Below are positions 39,983 through 50,019 of a stretch of 64,000 bases of DNA, one piece after another. Source of the DNA: an uncultured virus (IMG/VR IMGVR_UViG_3300031687_001200). Taxonomy: Duplodnaviria; Heunggongvirae; Uroviricota; Caudoviricetes. The DNA lies in IMG/VR virus record IMGVR_UViG_3300031687_001200; one strand, 5' to 3'. The notes beneath the pieces were generated by a model, which did not search any database, had not been told where the DNA came from, and saw only the letters and a list, made by a program, of their open reading frames with translations. The translations under genes were made by a program, and so were the position numbers. Numbering within the stretch: position 1 is the stretch's first letter; every line of letters begins with the position of its first letter.

Positions 39983-40678
39983 TTAATACTCGCACTTCCA
40001 ACGAATCATAACACTTTCCCTTACATCACCTGGAGCGATATTAGTCGGAGCCTGATGCCATGAGCCTTGTGCGTTGGTTGTTATAAACATTGTGTTAGGC
40101 ATGAAAGGTACAGTAACTTCGTGTTTCCAATTATGTTCTTTGTCTTTATGTGCCATGTGGGGTTGAGTCATGCCTTCATCTTGCATAGCATCTGTATGAA
40201 TATCATCGCCTATGTAAGTAAACAGTTTAGTACCATAACGTCTTTGACTGTCATCTTTAGGCAGGTAGATCATAGCACTGATAGTATAGTATGTAGGATC
40301 GAAGAACTGATCTGTATGTATATCGTTTATTAATAACTTGTCTGTGTCTTTCCAAAACGTGACACAAGGCACTGGAGCTTCTGATACTTCGTCGCCAAAC
40401 TTCTTAGCAATAGCAAAAAATAGTTTTTCCATTAACTTGTTGAATTGTCTTACGTCTGATGTAGAAATATCTAATGCAGTTAATACATATTCATCTCTGC
40501 AACCGTAAACATCATGTTCATGCACTATATTAACAGAATCTGCATACTCTAGAAACGTGCGATAGTTTTGGTTGATAGGTTCGGCAACAAACATATGGGG
40601 CCAGGGTGCTGTAAGTAGTTCGGACTGTTCTACTTTATATATTGTATTATTTAGATTCTGAATAAAATCCGTATACAT
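39983..40678 (-). CDS. 2OG-Fe(II) oxygenase-like protein
   Basis: PWPH, HTD, IYLP, GT, PFMPNT, SWH, R. Confidence 0.7.
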   Translation of the reverse strand: MYTDFIQNLNNTIYKVEQSELLTAPWPHMFVAEPINQNYRTFLEYADSVNIVHEHDVYGCRDEYVLTALDISTSDVRQFNKLMEKLFFAIAKKFGDEVSEAPVPCVTFWKDTDKLLINDIHTDQFFDPTYYTISAMIYLPKDDSQRRYGTKLFTYIGDDIHTDAMQDEGMTQPHMAHKDKEHNWKHEVTVPFMPNTMFITTNAQGSWHQAPTNIAPGDVRESVMIRWKCEY

Positions 40679-41441
40679 GCTTCCTCCTGATGTCTTTATT
40701 AATTATAGGACTGCTATGCCATGCTTTTGCAGATCTAGGTATAAAGTATGCTGTACCATTAGTGAATGGTAGTTGGTCTATGAGTGTGCAGTTCTCTCTT
40801 ATTAAACTTGTAGTTAAGTCAGTTTCAAATACGTTTGGTTGCCAAAACTGTGTACCAAACTCTGTTACTCGATCCTCTCCTGGCAAGTACATGCCAAACG
40901 TAATACCAAACTCATCGCTATCAACATGTACATCATTAACTGTGAATTGATTAGTATCTTGCCACAGCCAAACATTGCAATCATGCTCTTGATGTATTGC
41001 AAACTTATCTGCTATAGCCATTCTAATGTACTCATGATTGAATACTAAGTCATGTAGCTCCTGGAATGCAGGATTGCAGTCTATGTTTGCTTGTAGTCTT
41101 CCCTTAACTTCTGGCGGTAAAAACTCTGTGGGCCAGTTAGCATTTAGACTTTCTAATAGTGCTGGAGCAATAAAGTTTTCTATAACTATCTTGCTTTGAG
41201 ATATTTTAGATTTAGCTATTGCATTTAGCGAATGTATTGTGTAAGGATGAAATTGTATCTCTCCTATGCTTTGAACACTACCACCTTCAAGTAAGATAGG
41301 TAGCCTAGGGTACCAAGGTTCAGCATCCATAGGTAAATGTGTGCAACTATTCATTAGTCCACATTCTATACATTTTATTCTGGGATAGTCTGGATCGTAC
41401 TCCGCAGGGTGAAACGGAATTCCGTGCTTGTCTTTAGCCAA
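40647..41441 (-). CDS. 2OG-Fe(II) oxygenase-like protein with an N-terminal Cys/His cluster
   Basis: HVD, MYLP, GT, LPF..GT, AWH, R; N-terminal CIEC...CTH. Confidence 0.7.
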   Translation of the reverse strand: MAKDKHGIPFHPAEYDPDYPRIKCIECGLMNSCTHLPMDAEPWYPRLPILLEGGSVQSIGEIQFHPYTIHSLNAIAKSKISQSKIVIENFIAPALLESLNANWPTEFLPPEVKGRLQANIDCNPAFQELHDLVFNHEYIRMAIADKFAIHQEHDCNVWLWQDTNQFTVNDVHVDSDEFGITFGMYLPGEDRVTEFGTQFWQPNVFETDLTTSLIRENCTLIDQLPFTNGTAYFIPRSAKAWHSSPIINKDIRRKHVYGFYSESK

Positions 41442-41443
41442 TG

Positions 41444-41755
41444 TTAAATCTCTATGCTGGCTTCGAAGCTAAAGGTGATGTCTTCAAACTCTTCAAATAA
41501 GATAGTACTAATCTCATCACCTTCTGTAGGGAGGATCATTTCATCTAATACTATTTCGTATATGAATAACTCTCCTTCCTTGTCTTCGTCTGTGTATGAT
41601 ATAACTTCAATGCCTACTTGTTCTTTCTCTTGGTCATACGCAGTTAATAATTTAGTGGCAACAACACTTTGCACGATATCAAAGTATTCGATAACGTCTT
41701 CGTCGGATAACTCTTCTCGAGTAATCATTCTTGTAAAGTGTTTTATAAATGCCAT
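41444..41755 (-). CDS. acidic hypothetical protein
   Basis: 103 aa in the minus-strand operon. Confidence 0.65.
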   Translation of the reverse strand: MAFIKHFTRMITREELSDEDVIEYFDIVQSVVATKLLTAYDQEKEQVGIEVISYTDEDKEGELFIYEIVLDEMILPTEGDEISTILFEEFEDITFSFEASIEI

Positions 41756-41760
41756 TATGA

Positions 41761-42192
41761 TTATTTACCTTTGCTAAACGCCTGAGCACCAAAGAATGCG
41801 GCAACAATACCGGCAACTGCAACAAAGTATGTTGGTGCCATTGATCCTAGTGTTGACTGTGCTTCACTTAGTCCTGCCAAGCTGGCAAAAACTACTGCGA
41901 ATGGGTATAGTAACATGCCAAATAATGAGAACCAAGCCATCTTACGTTGAGCATCTCTCATTGCATCTGCATCTTCTAATTCTTTTCTCTTGAATTCTAA
42001 GTGCATATCCATTTCACCTTTAGAGATATGTCCATCTCCGTTAGTGTCTATATCTTCCATTCCTTCGACTGTTTTAAATCCACGATTATCAACTGTCGGA
42101 CCATCACCAGCTGGAGCATCACCTGCCGCTTTTGCCTTCAATGCATCATACTCTTTACGGGTCATGCTTACTTCTGCTTTATCTTCTGCCAT
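41761..42192 (-). CDS. EF-hand membrane protein (holin-like candidate)
   Basis: Canonical EF loop DTNGDGHISKGE followed by two TM helices; GTAGGAG SD; late motif upstream. Confidence 0.7.
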   Translation of the reverse strand: MAEDKAEVSMTRKEYDALKAKAAGDAPAGDGPTVDNRGFKTVEGMEDIDTNGDGHISKGEMDMHLEFKRKELEDADAMRDAQRKMAWFSLFGMLLYPFAVVFASLAGLSEAQSTLGSMAPTYFVAVAGIVAAFFGAQAFSKGK

Positions 42193-42242
42193 TTTCGTTT
42201 CTCCTACAAAACTTCTGTTTACTGTATGTATTCTACTATTAG

Positions 42243-42250
42243 TATTTATC
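42243..42250 (-). promoter_or_regulatory. T4-late-like promoter
   Basis: TATTTATC on + strand = GATAAATA on minus, upstream of 42192. Confidence 0.55.
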
Positions 42251-42263
42251 TAAAAGATAGTTC

Positions 42264-42291
42264 TTGACATAACCAGCTTTTAGTGTATAAT
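42264..42291 (+). promoter_or_regulatory. sigma70-like promoter of the DNA polymerase operon
   Basis: TTGACA-16 nt-TATAAT; an additional AATAAATA at 42304. Confidence 0.7.
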
Positions 42292-42349
42292 AAGAGCATA
42301 AGTAATAAATATTACTACATTCAACACACACAGTAACAAAGAGGTAGAA

Positions 42350-42613
42350 ATGGCATTTAACAAAACATTCAACGCAGAAGAACAAGCAAGACTAAAGAAA
42401 CTTATCCAAGAGGGCGATCAAGTCCTATACGAAGTAGACGCACTGAGCGAAGGGTTACGAGAAACTGTAAAAGCAATTGCAGAAGAAATGGACCTTAAAG
42501 CTGGAGTACTTATGAAAGCAGTTAAAGTTGCTCATAAGGCTAAGTTTACAGATGAAAGAGATAAGTTCGATGAACTCGAAACAATCCTGGAAACTGTCGG
42601 CAAAACACTTTAA
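42350..42613 (+). CDS. small dsDNA-binding protein (T4 DsbA/GapR-like)
   Basis: 87-aa helical protein; LKKLIQE...LRETVKAIAEEMDLK...KAVK pattern. Confidence 0.55.
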   Translation: MAFNKTFNAEEQARLKKLIQEGDQVLYEVDALSEGLRETVKAIAEEMDLKAGVLMKAVKVAHKAKFTDERDKFDELETILETVGKTL

Positions 42614-42632
42614 TTTCTAGGATAGAACAAAT

Positions 42633-45326
42633 ATGAGTTACGTCGATGCATTCCACGACACAGCCAAAGATAAAATTTATGTAGCCGAACGAGTGAACGG
42701 CGAACGTAAGATTATCACACATCAGCCTGAGTACAACTTTTATTTTAGTGATCCTAAAGGCAAGAAGCGTAGTATTCATGATGAGCCAGTCACAGAGATT
42801 AGATGCAAAAGTCTCAAAGAGTTCAGGAAGAACATTGCTATTAATAGAGCAACTGGTAAGTTATATGAGACTGATGTTAAGCCTGTTAACAAAACACTAG
42901 AGAAGAACTATCTCAATATTGATCCACCTAAACTACATACATGTTTCTTTGACATCGAGGTAGACTTTGATCCTGTTAACGGATTTAGTACGCCTGAAGA
43001 TGCCCTCATGCCTATCACAGCAATTGGCTTTTATATGGACTGGATGGATACTATGGTATGTCTTGCAGTTCCACCGAAGACATTGACATGGGAACAGGCA
43101 GAGAACATTGCTAGTGCATACAAAGAAGTAATACTATTTAAAGACGAAGCAGAGATGCTTAGAACATTCCTACATTTGATTGATGATGCAGACATATTGT
43201 CCGGTTGGAACAGCGAGGGTTATGATATCCCTTACACTATTAATAGGATCGTTAAGATACTAGGACGTAGTGCTACTAGGCAGATGTGTTTGTTTAATCA
43301 GTTACCCAAGGAGAGAATGTATGAGAACTTTGGTACAGAGAGACAGAGCTATGACCTAATTGGTCGTGTACACTTGGACTACTTACAACTATATCGTAAG
43401 TACAACTATGAGGAACGACACAGTTATAGGCTAGATGCTATCGGAGAGATTGAACTAGGTGAGAAGAAAGTTGTCTATGATGGATCGCTTGACAGACTAT
43501 ACAATCATGACTTTGGTAGATTCTTAGAGTATAACATACAAGACGTTATGCTTATTGCTCGTATGGATAAGAAACTACAGTTCATTGACTTAGCTAATAC
43601 TATTGCACATGACAACACCGTGCTACTGTATACTACAATGGGTGCTGTGGCAACTACTGAACAAGCAATTATTAATGAAGCACACAGACGTGACATGGTA
43701 GTGCCAGATAGAAAGCGAGGTGGTAGTAAGAAAGGATCAGCGGCGGCTGGTGCCTTTGTGGCAACACCTAAGAAAGGCTTTCACGAATGGATTGGCAGTA
43801 TGGATATTAACAGTCTGTACCCAAGTGTATTCCGTGCATTGAATATGGCTAACGAAACTATCGTTGGACAGTTGCGTCCTGACTTTACTGATGAAGAAGT
43901 TGAAGCAAAGATTAGATTAGAGAAGAGTTCATTTGCAGATGCTTGGCTAGGTAAGTTCGGATCAAACGAATACGAACTAGTTATGGAGCAAGACAATGCT
44001 CGTACAATGACATTGGATATGGAAGACGGCACAACTGCAGAAGTAACAGGCAGTGATGTGTACAACTTAATATTCAACAGTGGTCAACCTTGGAGCATTA
44101 GTGCTAACGGAACTATATTTAAAACAGACGTACTAGGCATTGTACCAGGCTTACTAGAGCGTTGGTATACTGAACGTCAAGTATTACAAGCAAAGAAGAA
44201 AGAAGCAACTACAGAGGCGGAGAAGGCATTCTATGACAAGCGACAGTTAGTTAAGAAGATTAACTTGAACAGTTTGTATGGTGCGATCCTAAACCCAGGC
44301 TGTAGATTCTTTGATAAACGTATTGGTCAGAGTACTACTTTGACCGGAAGGCGTATCACACGCCACATGGGAGCAAAAGTGAATGAGTTGCTCACAGGAA
44401 GTTACGATCATACAGGCGACACAATCATTTATGGAGACACTGACTCAGTGTACTTCACGGCAACGCCTGCCTTACCTGATGATATGCATTTAGATATGGA
44501 TAGTGCTGTCAGCTTGTATGATCGTATCAGTGACCAGGTTAGTGATACCTTCCCAGACTTTATGAAGCAAGACTTTAATAGTCCAACAGAGATGGGTAGC
44601 GTTATTAAAGCAGGTAGAGAGGTAGTTGGTAAGTCAGGTATCTTTATTACTAAGAAGCGTTATGCAATCAAGTGTTTAGATATTGAAGGGTGGCAACCAG
44701 AAGGTGGCTATCTTAAAATTATGGGTATGGACATTAAGCGTTCAGACACACCTGAGTTCATACAAGACTTCCTAGAAGAGATACTAGACGATACACTTGA
44801 AGGAAAGCAAGAGCCAGAAGTTATACAAATGATTAAAGACTTTAAAGAATCATTTGGTGAGTTAGATGCTTGGAGGAAAGGAATGCCTAAACGTGTTAAC
44901 AACTTAACCAAGTACACTGACAAACTTCGTAAGCAACAAAACAGTATGCCAACTGGCAGTACTATGTTTGGTATGACTGGAGCCGCCGATGATGGCGAGA
45001 ACAAGATGATACCTGGACATGTTAGAGCTAGTATTAATTACAATGCTATGCGATTTGCTAACGGAGACAACTATAGTTTACAGATTATGGACGGTAGTAA
45101 AGTTGTAGTGTGCAGACTAAAGCCAAACCCAATGGGCTATACTAGTATGGCTTATCCTACAGATGAAATGCAGATTCCACAATGGTTTAAAGATATGCCG
45201 TTCGACGAAGACGCAATGGAAGAAGCAGTATTGGATAAGAAGATACAAAACGTACTAGGTGTAATGAATTGGGATCTTAAGAGTGCTAACGATAGTGCGG
45301 CATTCCAACAGTATTTTGAATTTTAA
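42633..45326 (+). CDS. polB: family B DNA polymerase (T4 gp43-like)
   Basis: Exonuclease motifs FDIEVD, GWNSEGYDIPY, YNIQD; polymerase motifs DINSLYPS, KINLNSLYG, YGDTDS, KKRY; uninterrupted. Confidence 0.96.
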   Translation: MSYVDAFHDTAKDKIYVAERVNGERKIITHQPEYNFYFSDPKGKKRSIHDEPVTEIRCKSLKEFRKNIAINRATGKLYETDVKPVNKTLEKNYLNIDPPKLHTCFFDIEVDFDPVNGFSTPEDALMPITAIGFYMDWMDTMVCLAVPPKTLTWEQAENIASAYKEVILFKDEAEMLRTFLHLIDDADILSGWNSEGYDIPYTINRIVKILGRSATRQMCLFNQLPKERMYENFGTERQSYDLIGRVHLDYLQLYRKYNYEERHSYRLDAIGEIELGEKKVVYDGSLDRLYNHDFGRFLEYNIQDVMLIARMDKKLQFIDLANTIAHDNTVLLYTTMGAVATTEQAIINEAHRRDMVVPDRKRGGSKKGSAAAGAFVATPKKGFHEWIGSMDINSLYPSVFRALNMANETIVGQLRPDFTDEEVEAKIRLEKSSFADAWLGKFGSNEYELVMEQDNARTMTLDMEDGTTAEVTGSDVYNLIFNSGQPWSISANGTIFKTDVLGIVPGLLERWYTERQVLQAKKKEATTEAEKAFYDKRQLVKKINLNSLYGAILNPGCRFFDKRIGQSTTLTGRRITRHMGAKVNELLTGSYDHTGDTIIYGDTDSVYFTATPALPDDMHLDMDSAVSLYDRISDQVSDTFPDFMKQDFNSPTEMGSVIKAGREVVGKSGIFITKKRYAIKCLDIEGWQPEGGYLKIMGMDIKRSDTPEFIQDFLEEILDDTLEGKQEPEVIQMIKDFKESFGELDAWRKGMPKRVNNLTKYTDKLRKQQNSMPTGSTMFGMTGAADDGENKMIPGHVRASINYNAMRFANGDNYSLQIMDGSKVVVCRLKPNPMGYTSMAYPTDEMQIPQWFKDMPFDEDAMEEAVLDKKIQNVLGVMNWDLKSANDSAAFQQYFEF

Positions 45327-45336
45327 GGCGAGATAG

Positions 45337-45729
45337 ATGAACCAAAAATGGAACACACAACCACTAACATCAGGCAGTGTAGTTATTAACACAGGGCTCG
45401 GTGGACCAGTAACAGTTAGTCCTATGTCTAGTTGTACTCCCGCTCCTACGTTCACTACATCAGGAACAGCAATAAATCAAGGCACCATTACAGTAAGTGG
45501 ATCGGCAAACAGTAGCCCGACTGTTTATGCTGGAATGACTGGGAACAACAAGTGGAACTCACTCATGGACCCGCCAGCAATTAATATAGGCGAACACGAA
45601 CTCAGTGAAGAAACAGTTGGAGACTTACTAATTATGTTAGAGGTTGTTAAGAATCTGGATGATAGTAATCCAGTTAAAGATATGTTTAATACAATTAAAA
45701 TGTTAAACAAGATTAAGGGCAAGAAATAA
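45337..45729 (+). CDS. hypothetical protein
   Basis: T/S/G-rich N-terminal half, helical C-terminal half. Confidence 0.6.
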   Translation: MNQKWNTQPLTSGSVVINTGLGGPVTVSPMSSCTPAPTFTTSGTAINQGTITVSGSANSSPTVYAGMTGNNKWNSLMDPPAINIGEHELSEETVGDLLIMLEVVKNLDDSNPVKDMFNTIKMLNKIKGKK

Positions 45730-45730
45730 C

Positions 45731-45759
45731 TTGACTTGCCTAAATAAAAGTAGTATAAT
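45731..45759 (+). promoter_or_regulatory. sigma70-like promoter
   Basis: TTGACT-17 nt-TATAAT upstream of the clamp/TGT operon. Confidence 0.7.
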
Positions 45760-45789
45760 GTTGAAACGAATTCATTTACCGGAGAAAAT

Positions 45790-46542
45790 ATGAATAATTA
45801 TGTAAAAGACTTTTTTAAAGACGTACTAAGACATACACATGGTCTAGGCATCTTTGAAATGGCAAAAATTAGAGGAACAACTGAGCTTACTGAGATTGAA
45901 ACAGTTGATGCAGATAAGACAGTTATTGTTAAAGGATTTAGTATTAATCCTGTAGTAGACTTTGCAGATGCAACTATTGGTCTAAGCAGAATGGGTGTAC
46001 TACAAGGCTTTATTAACTATCCAGGCTTTGATGCCGACGATGCTACAGTTGAAGTAGTTACACAAGACAGGAACGGAACTGAAACTCCTGTTGAAGTTAA
46101 GTTTAAAGACACAACTGGAACAGATGCACATTATAGATTTATGTTAGCAGATGTTATTAACCAACAACTTAAAGACATTAAGTTTAAAGGTGCAGAGTTT
46201 GACGTAAACATTTTACCAAGTGTTAAAGCGTTAAAGGATTTAGCATACTTTAATGGCGTACAAGCAGGCTATGAAGCAAACTTTACACCTAAGACAGAGA
46301 ACGGTGCATTGTACTTCCTAGTTGGCGGTGATGCAAGTGACAGGACTAAGATCCTAATTGATAACAATGTTGAAGGCGACCTTACTTCCGAATGGAACTG
46401 GCCCTTAGATATCGTGTTAAAGATTCTTAGACTTGGAGACAATAGCAACTTAGTATTAAGTATTAACAATCAAGGCTTACTACAAATTAAAGTAGACAGT
46501 GGCTTAGGCATTTATACTTACTTACTACCAGCGAGAAGATAA
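45790..46542 (+). CDS. putative DNA sliding clamp (gp45/PCNA-like)
   Basis: ~250 aa, acidic, beta-rich, ends GIYTYLLPA as in PCNA-like clamps; close to polB, with a clamp loader in the window. Confidence 0.6.
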   Translation: MNNYVKDFFKDVLRHTHGLGIFEMAKIRGTTELTEIETVDADKTVIVKGFSINPVVDFADATIGLSRMGVLQGFINYPGFDADDATVEVVTQDRNGTETPVEVKFKDTTGTDAHYRFMLADVINQQLKDIKFKGAEFDVNILPSVKALKDLAYFNGVQAGYEANFTPKTENGALYFLVGGDASDRTKILIDNNVEGDLTSEWNWPLDIVLKILRLGDNSNLVLSINNQGLLQIKVDSGLGIYTYLLPARR

Positions 46543-46544
46543 GC

Positions 46545-48080
46545 ATGAGAGATTTATCCAAGACGCATAGTGACTATGCAACATTTTTACCTGCGGTAAG
46601 CGGCTTTATGACAGAGTTGTTAGGCAGATGTAAGAGTGTGCCTGGATATATCCCTGAAGGCAGAGTCCCGAATGGATTTGAGCATGGCTTCGAAGGCATG
46701 AACTTCCTGGATAAAGAGAAAGGCTACTACTATTATAACAAAGCACTTTATAGTGCCGGTCATGCTTACTTGGACATAGAGAAGAGTAAGGTAATGGAAC
46801 ACATTATACAAAACAGAGACAGAACTAACACAACTATTGTAGGCGACTCCGGTGGTTTCCAGATTGGTAAAGGTGTTATTAAGTTTGACTGGGAAAACTT
46901 CTTCGAGAAGCCTGGTGATGTTGGATACAAAGGTGATGCTGATAGAGTTAGAGGTAAGATCCTCAACTGGTTAGAACATACAGCAGACTGGAGTATGACA
47001 TTTGATGTTCCGAGTTGGGCATGTAAGCCTGGCTTTAAAGAGAAGACTGGACTACAGAACTTCGACGAATGCTTGAAGTGTACTGCATACAACCTAGATT
47101 GGTTTATGGATCACAGACAAGGCAACACAAAGTTCCTTAATGTATTACAAGGAACATACTGGGACGATGCTGAAGAATGGTATCAGAAGGTAAAAGACTA
47201 CGACACAGAAGGTTGGGGCATGGGTGGTAACAATATCCGCGACATGCACATGGCACTGAAACGTATCATTACTTTGCGTGATGATGAGAAGTTACAAGAC
47301 AGAGATTGGATTCACTTCTTGGGTACTAGTAAACTTGAATGGGGTGTAATGCTTACAAGCATACAGCGACAGTTAAGAGAACATGTTAACCCTAACATCA
47401 CAGTTAGTTTTGATTGTGCTAGTCCATACATTAGTAGTGCAAACGGTTTAGTATACACAAGAAACAAAGTTACTAGTAATCAGATGAGTTACATTATGGA
47501 GAAGTGTTTTGATAACAAAGCATTTAGTCATCACTCACCTGGCAACTTGTCTAACAATCCTTTCCCTTGGGAGAGTGAGATTGGTAGCAGACTAGTTACT
47601 GGTGATGTTAATTGGTATGCTCCGGGTATGCTGAACAAGATCCACAAGGAAGGTAAGACTTCATGGGATAGTTTCACATACGGCTTACTGATGTCACACA
47701 ATGTATACATGCATATTAGAGCAGTACAAGAAGCAAACAGCCTAGCAACATTAGAATGCGAGAACTACCAACTAGATTGGAGAAACTGGCAGAAGAAAGG
47801 TAAGAAACTTAATCAAGAAAGTTTATACACGCCTAGAAATATGTTGATGTTTGATACATTTGTTAAAGAACTATTCACTAGTGATGATCCTCACAAACTA
47901 TTAGACGATGCTAAACTGTTCTTAGATGATGTTAGTAATAACAAACACAAAGATGCAGACACGGCATTCAACTCCTCACCTACTAGTTCTTTCTTCGATG
48001 AAGAAGTAGAGCAACAAGTAGAAGGAGAGTTTGATCAAATGATGGAAGACTCACTAACAAACTTGGCGGCGGAGTTATAG
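46545..48080 (+). CDS. dpdA: TGT-family guanine transglycosylase, DpdA-like
   Basis: IVGDSGGFQ, MTFDVP, NVLQG, GWGMGG, IHFLG, SFDCASP, HN; directly behind the clamp and near folE/queE. Confidence 0.75.
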   Translation: MRDLSKTHSDYATFLPAVSGFMTELLGRCKSVPGYIPEGRVPNGFEHGFEGMNFLDKEKGYYYYNKALYSAGHAYLDIEKSKVMEHIIQNRDRTNTTIVGDSGGFQIGKGVIKFDWENFFEKPGDVGYKGDADRVRGKILNWLEHTADWSMTFDVPSWACKPGFKEKTGLQNFDECLKCTAYNLDWFMDHRQGNTKFLNVLQGTYWDDAEEWYQKVKDYDTEGWGMGGNNIRDMHMALKRIITLRDDEKLQDRDWIHFLGTSKLEWGVMLTSIQRQLREHVNPNITVSFDCASPYISSANGLVYTRNKVTSNQMSYIMEKCFDNKAFSHHSPGNLSNNPFPWESEIGSRLVTGDVNWYAPGMLNKIHKEGKTSWDSFTYGLLMSHNVYMHIRAVQEANSLATLECENYQLDWRNWQKKGKKLNQESLYTPRNMLMFDTFVKELFTSDDPHKLLDDAKLFLDDVSNNKHKDADTAFNSSPTSSFFDEEVEQQVEGEFDQMMEDSLTNLAAEL

Positions 48081-48081
48081 A

Positions 48082-48963
48082 ATGAATGCACTACTTGTTG
48101 GGTTAGGAGGCATAGGCAGTAATGTTTATCTCCCTGAACTTATTAAACTAGGCTATACTGTAGACACAGTAGATCCTTTAGTAGGTGGTGCAACATTCGA
48201 AGATACAAAACAAGTGACTGACCAATATGATGTGGCAGTCATTTGTACACCTAACTTCACACACGATTCAATTGCTAGACTATTAGCAGACAAAGTAGAA
48301 ACTATATTCATTGAGAAGCCTGGCTTGCCAAGTTCATCACAATGGAATAACCTTTGCGAAGACCACCCACACACTAAGTTTATCCTATGTAAGAATAACT
48401 TATATAGAAATAATTATGGTGCTGTAGATGACTTTTTAAAAGGAGATGAGGAACTCACTGGTATAGACATTACTTGGTTTAGTGCTGATAGAATACCAAA
48501 TCCTGGTGGCTGGAGTACACAAAGACGTAAAGCATGGGGAGGAGTTGCATTAGATTTGTTCCCACATTTGTATTGTCAGCTGATTAAGATATTCGGTGGT
48601 GTTCCAAGCATGGAACGTAGTAGCCACAGCATGGCACAACAACATGTATTAGATGACCTAACTGGTAGTGACTATGGCACATTAACTAACAACGGTATAT
48701 ACAACGTATGTGACTATGCTCAAGAGACATGGTACATCGACGACAAGTATCCTATTAATGTTAGAGCTAGTTGGAAACAAGGTTATGATAACCAAAGTGT
48801 TAAGATATATACTGAGAGTAGTATGTACCAATGGAACTTTGGCTTATGTCCTGCAGACGCATACGGCAGTATGATAGCTGTAGGTGTGACAGAACCATAT
48901 GAATTACACAGACATATTGATACTTGGATACATAAGAACCTAGAGGCATACCATGAAGGTTAA
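48082..48963 (+). CDS. Gfo/Idh/MocA family oxidoreductase
   Basis: VGLGGIG, ICTPNFTH, IEKP, GGVALDLFPH. Confidence 0.85.
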   Translation: MNALLVGLGGIGSNVYLPELIKLGYTVDTVDPLVGGATFEDTKQVTDQYDVAVICTPNFTHDSIARLLADKVETIFIEKPGLPSSSQWNNLCEDHPHTKFILCKNNLYRNNYGAVDDFLKGDEELTGIDITWFSADRIPNPGGWSTQRRKAWGGVALDLFPHLYCQLIKIFGGVPSMERSSHSMAQQHVLDDLTGSDYGTLTNNGIYNVCDYAQETWYIDDKYPINVRASWKQGYDNQSVKIYTESSMYQWNFGLCPADAYGSMIAVGVTEPYELHRHIDTWIHKNLEAYHEG

Positions 48964-49849
48964 ACAATACTATACAACTGGTATGATGGATATTATCAAG
49001 CAAGAATATGATGTGCCTCCATTAGAAGTCAATGAGATAGCCGTAAAGAGTGTTTACACTGGTGTTTGTAGTAGTGATGTAGCAATGTATAAGGGAGAGT
49101 TTCCTTTACTACCTACTCACATGCATGGACACGAATCACTTGGTAAGGTTTTAGAGATTGGATCAGGTATATTTAATGTAGAAGTCGGCGACTATGTTGC
49201 CACAAGAGGCGAACCAGCCTACGCAGAGCGTTACAATGCGCCACAAGGCACGTTTGTTAAGGTTCCTGAAGCAAGTCCTAAGTATATAATTGAGCCTGTT
49301 GCATGTGCTATTAACATTGCACAAAGCGTTGGATCTATAGGAAAGAACAAGCAAGTATGTATTATTGGCACAGGCTTTTTAGCGAGAGTTTTGTATCAGT
49401 ACATCAAGTTTAGCCTAAATACTAATATAGATGTAATAGGTAGAAGTGCAATGGACTTCTGGGAAGAACAAACTAATGTAATAGTTAAGGACAGACCTTC
49501 AAAGGAATACGATATAGTATTTGATTTAAGTTCTAGTCCATCTCATTTTGAGAACATTAACGTTAGACCTAACGGACATTATGTTGTTGGTGCAGAGAAA
49601 TCTACGCCAGTCAGCACAGACTTTAGTAAGTTCCTTTGGAACAATATTAAAATACATTGTCCTAGTCCAAGAGACGATAAGTTTATAGAGTGTATGAGAA
49701 TTGGTGTTGTAATGGTGCGTGAAGGCAGTATAGAAGTTGCTGACATGTGGACACACTCGTACAATAGTTTTAATCAAGTGCCAATAGCATTTGCTGAGAA
49801 CATAACAAAGAAGCCTGGAATGGGTAGGAGTTATATAGAATGGACATGA
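48953..49849 (+). CDS. zinc-binding (MDR) dehydrogenase
   Basis: GVCSSD, GHESLG, VGDYV, EPVAC, IIGTGFL; structural-Zn cysteines absent. Confidence 0.85.
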   Translation: MKVKQYYTTGMMDIIKQEYDVPPLEVNEIAVKSVYTGVCSSDVAMYKGEFPLLPTHMHGHESLGKVLEIGSGIFNVEVGDYVATRGEPAYAERYNAPQGTFVKVPEASPKYIIEPVACAINIAQSVGSIGKNKQVCIIGTGFLARVLYQYIKFSLNTNIDVIGRSAMDFWEEQTNVIVKDRPSKEYDIVFDLSSSPSHFENINVRPNGHYVVGAEKSTPVSTDFSKFLWNNIKIHCPSPRDDKFIECMRIGVVMVREGSIEVADMWTHSYNSFNQVPIAFAENITKKPGMGRSYIEWT

Positions 49850-50019
49850 TGGATATTAACATGATTATCTTTATGTCGGTACTATTCATAGTAACATTGT
49901 ATGCCGTATATAAAGTGTTCACCGGAGAAGGTGGTACGAAAGGTATAAAAGAAGAGTACACTAGTCCATCGGGTAAGAAGAGAACAGCGACAAAAGACAG
50001 AGGAGATTACATAGTATGA
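49840..50019 (+). CDS. small single-TM protein (59 aa, not in ORF track)
   Basis: Manual translation MDMMDINMIIFMSVLFIVTLYAVYKVF...; GTAGGAG SD; ATGA overlap with the next gene. Confidence 0.55.
   Translation: MDMMDINMIIFMSVLFIVTLYAVYKVFTGEGGTKGIKEEYTSPSGKKRTATKDRGDYIV

Noticed and set aside
42633..45326. Intein or intron in the DNA polymerase
   Set aside because: All exonuclease and polymerase motifs lie in one 897-aa frame of ordinary length; no splicing or homing-endonuclease motifs seen
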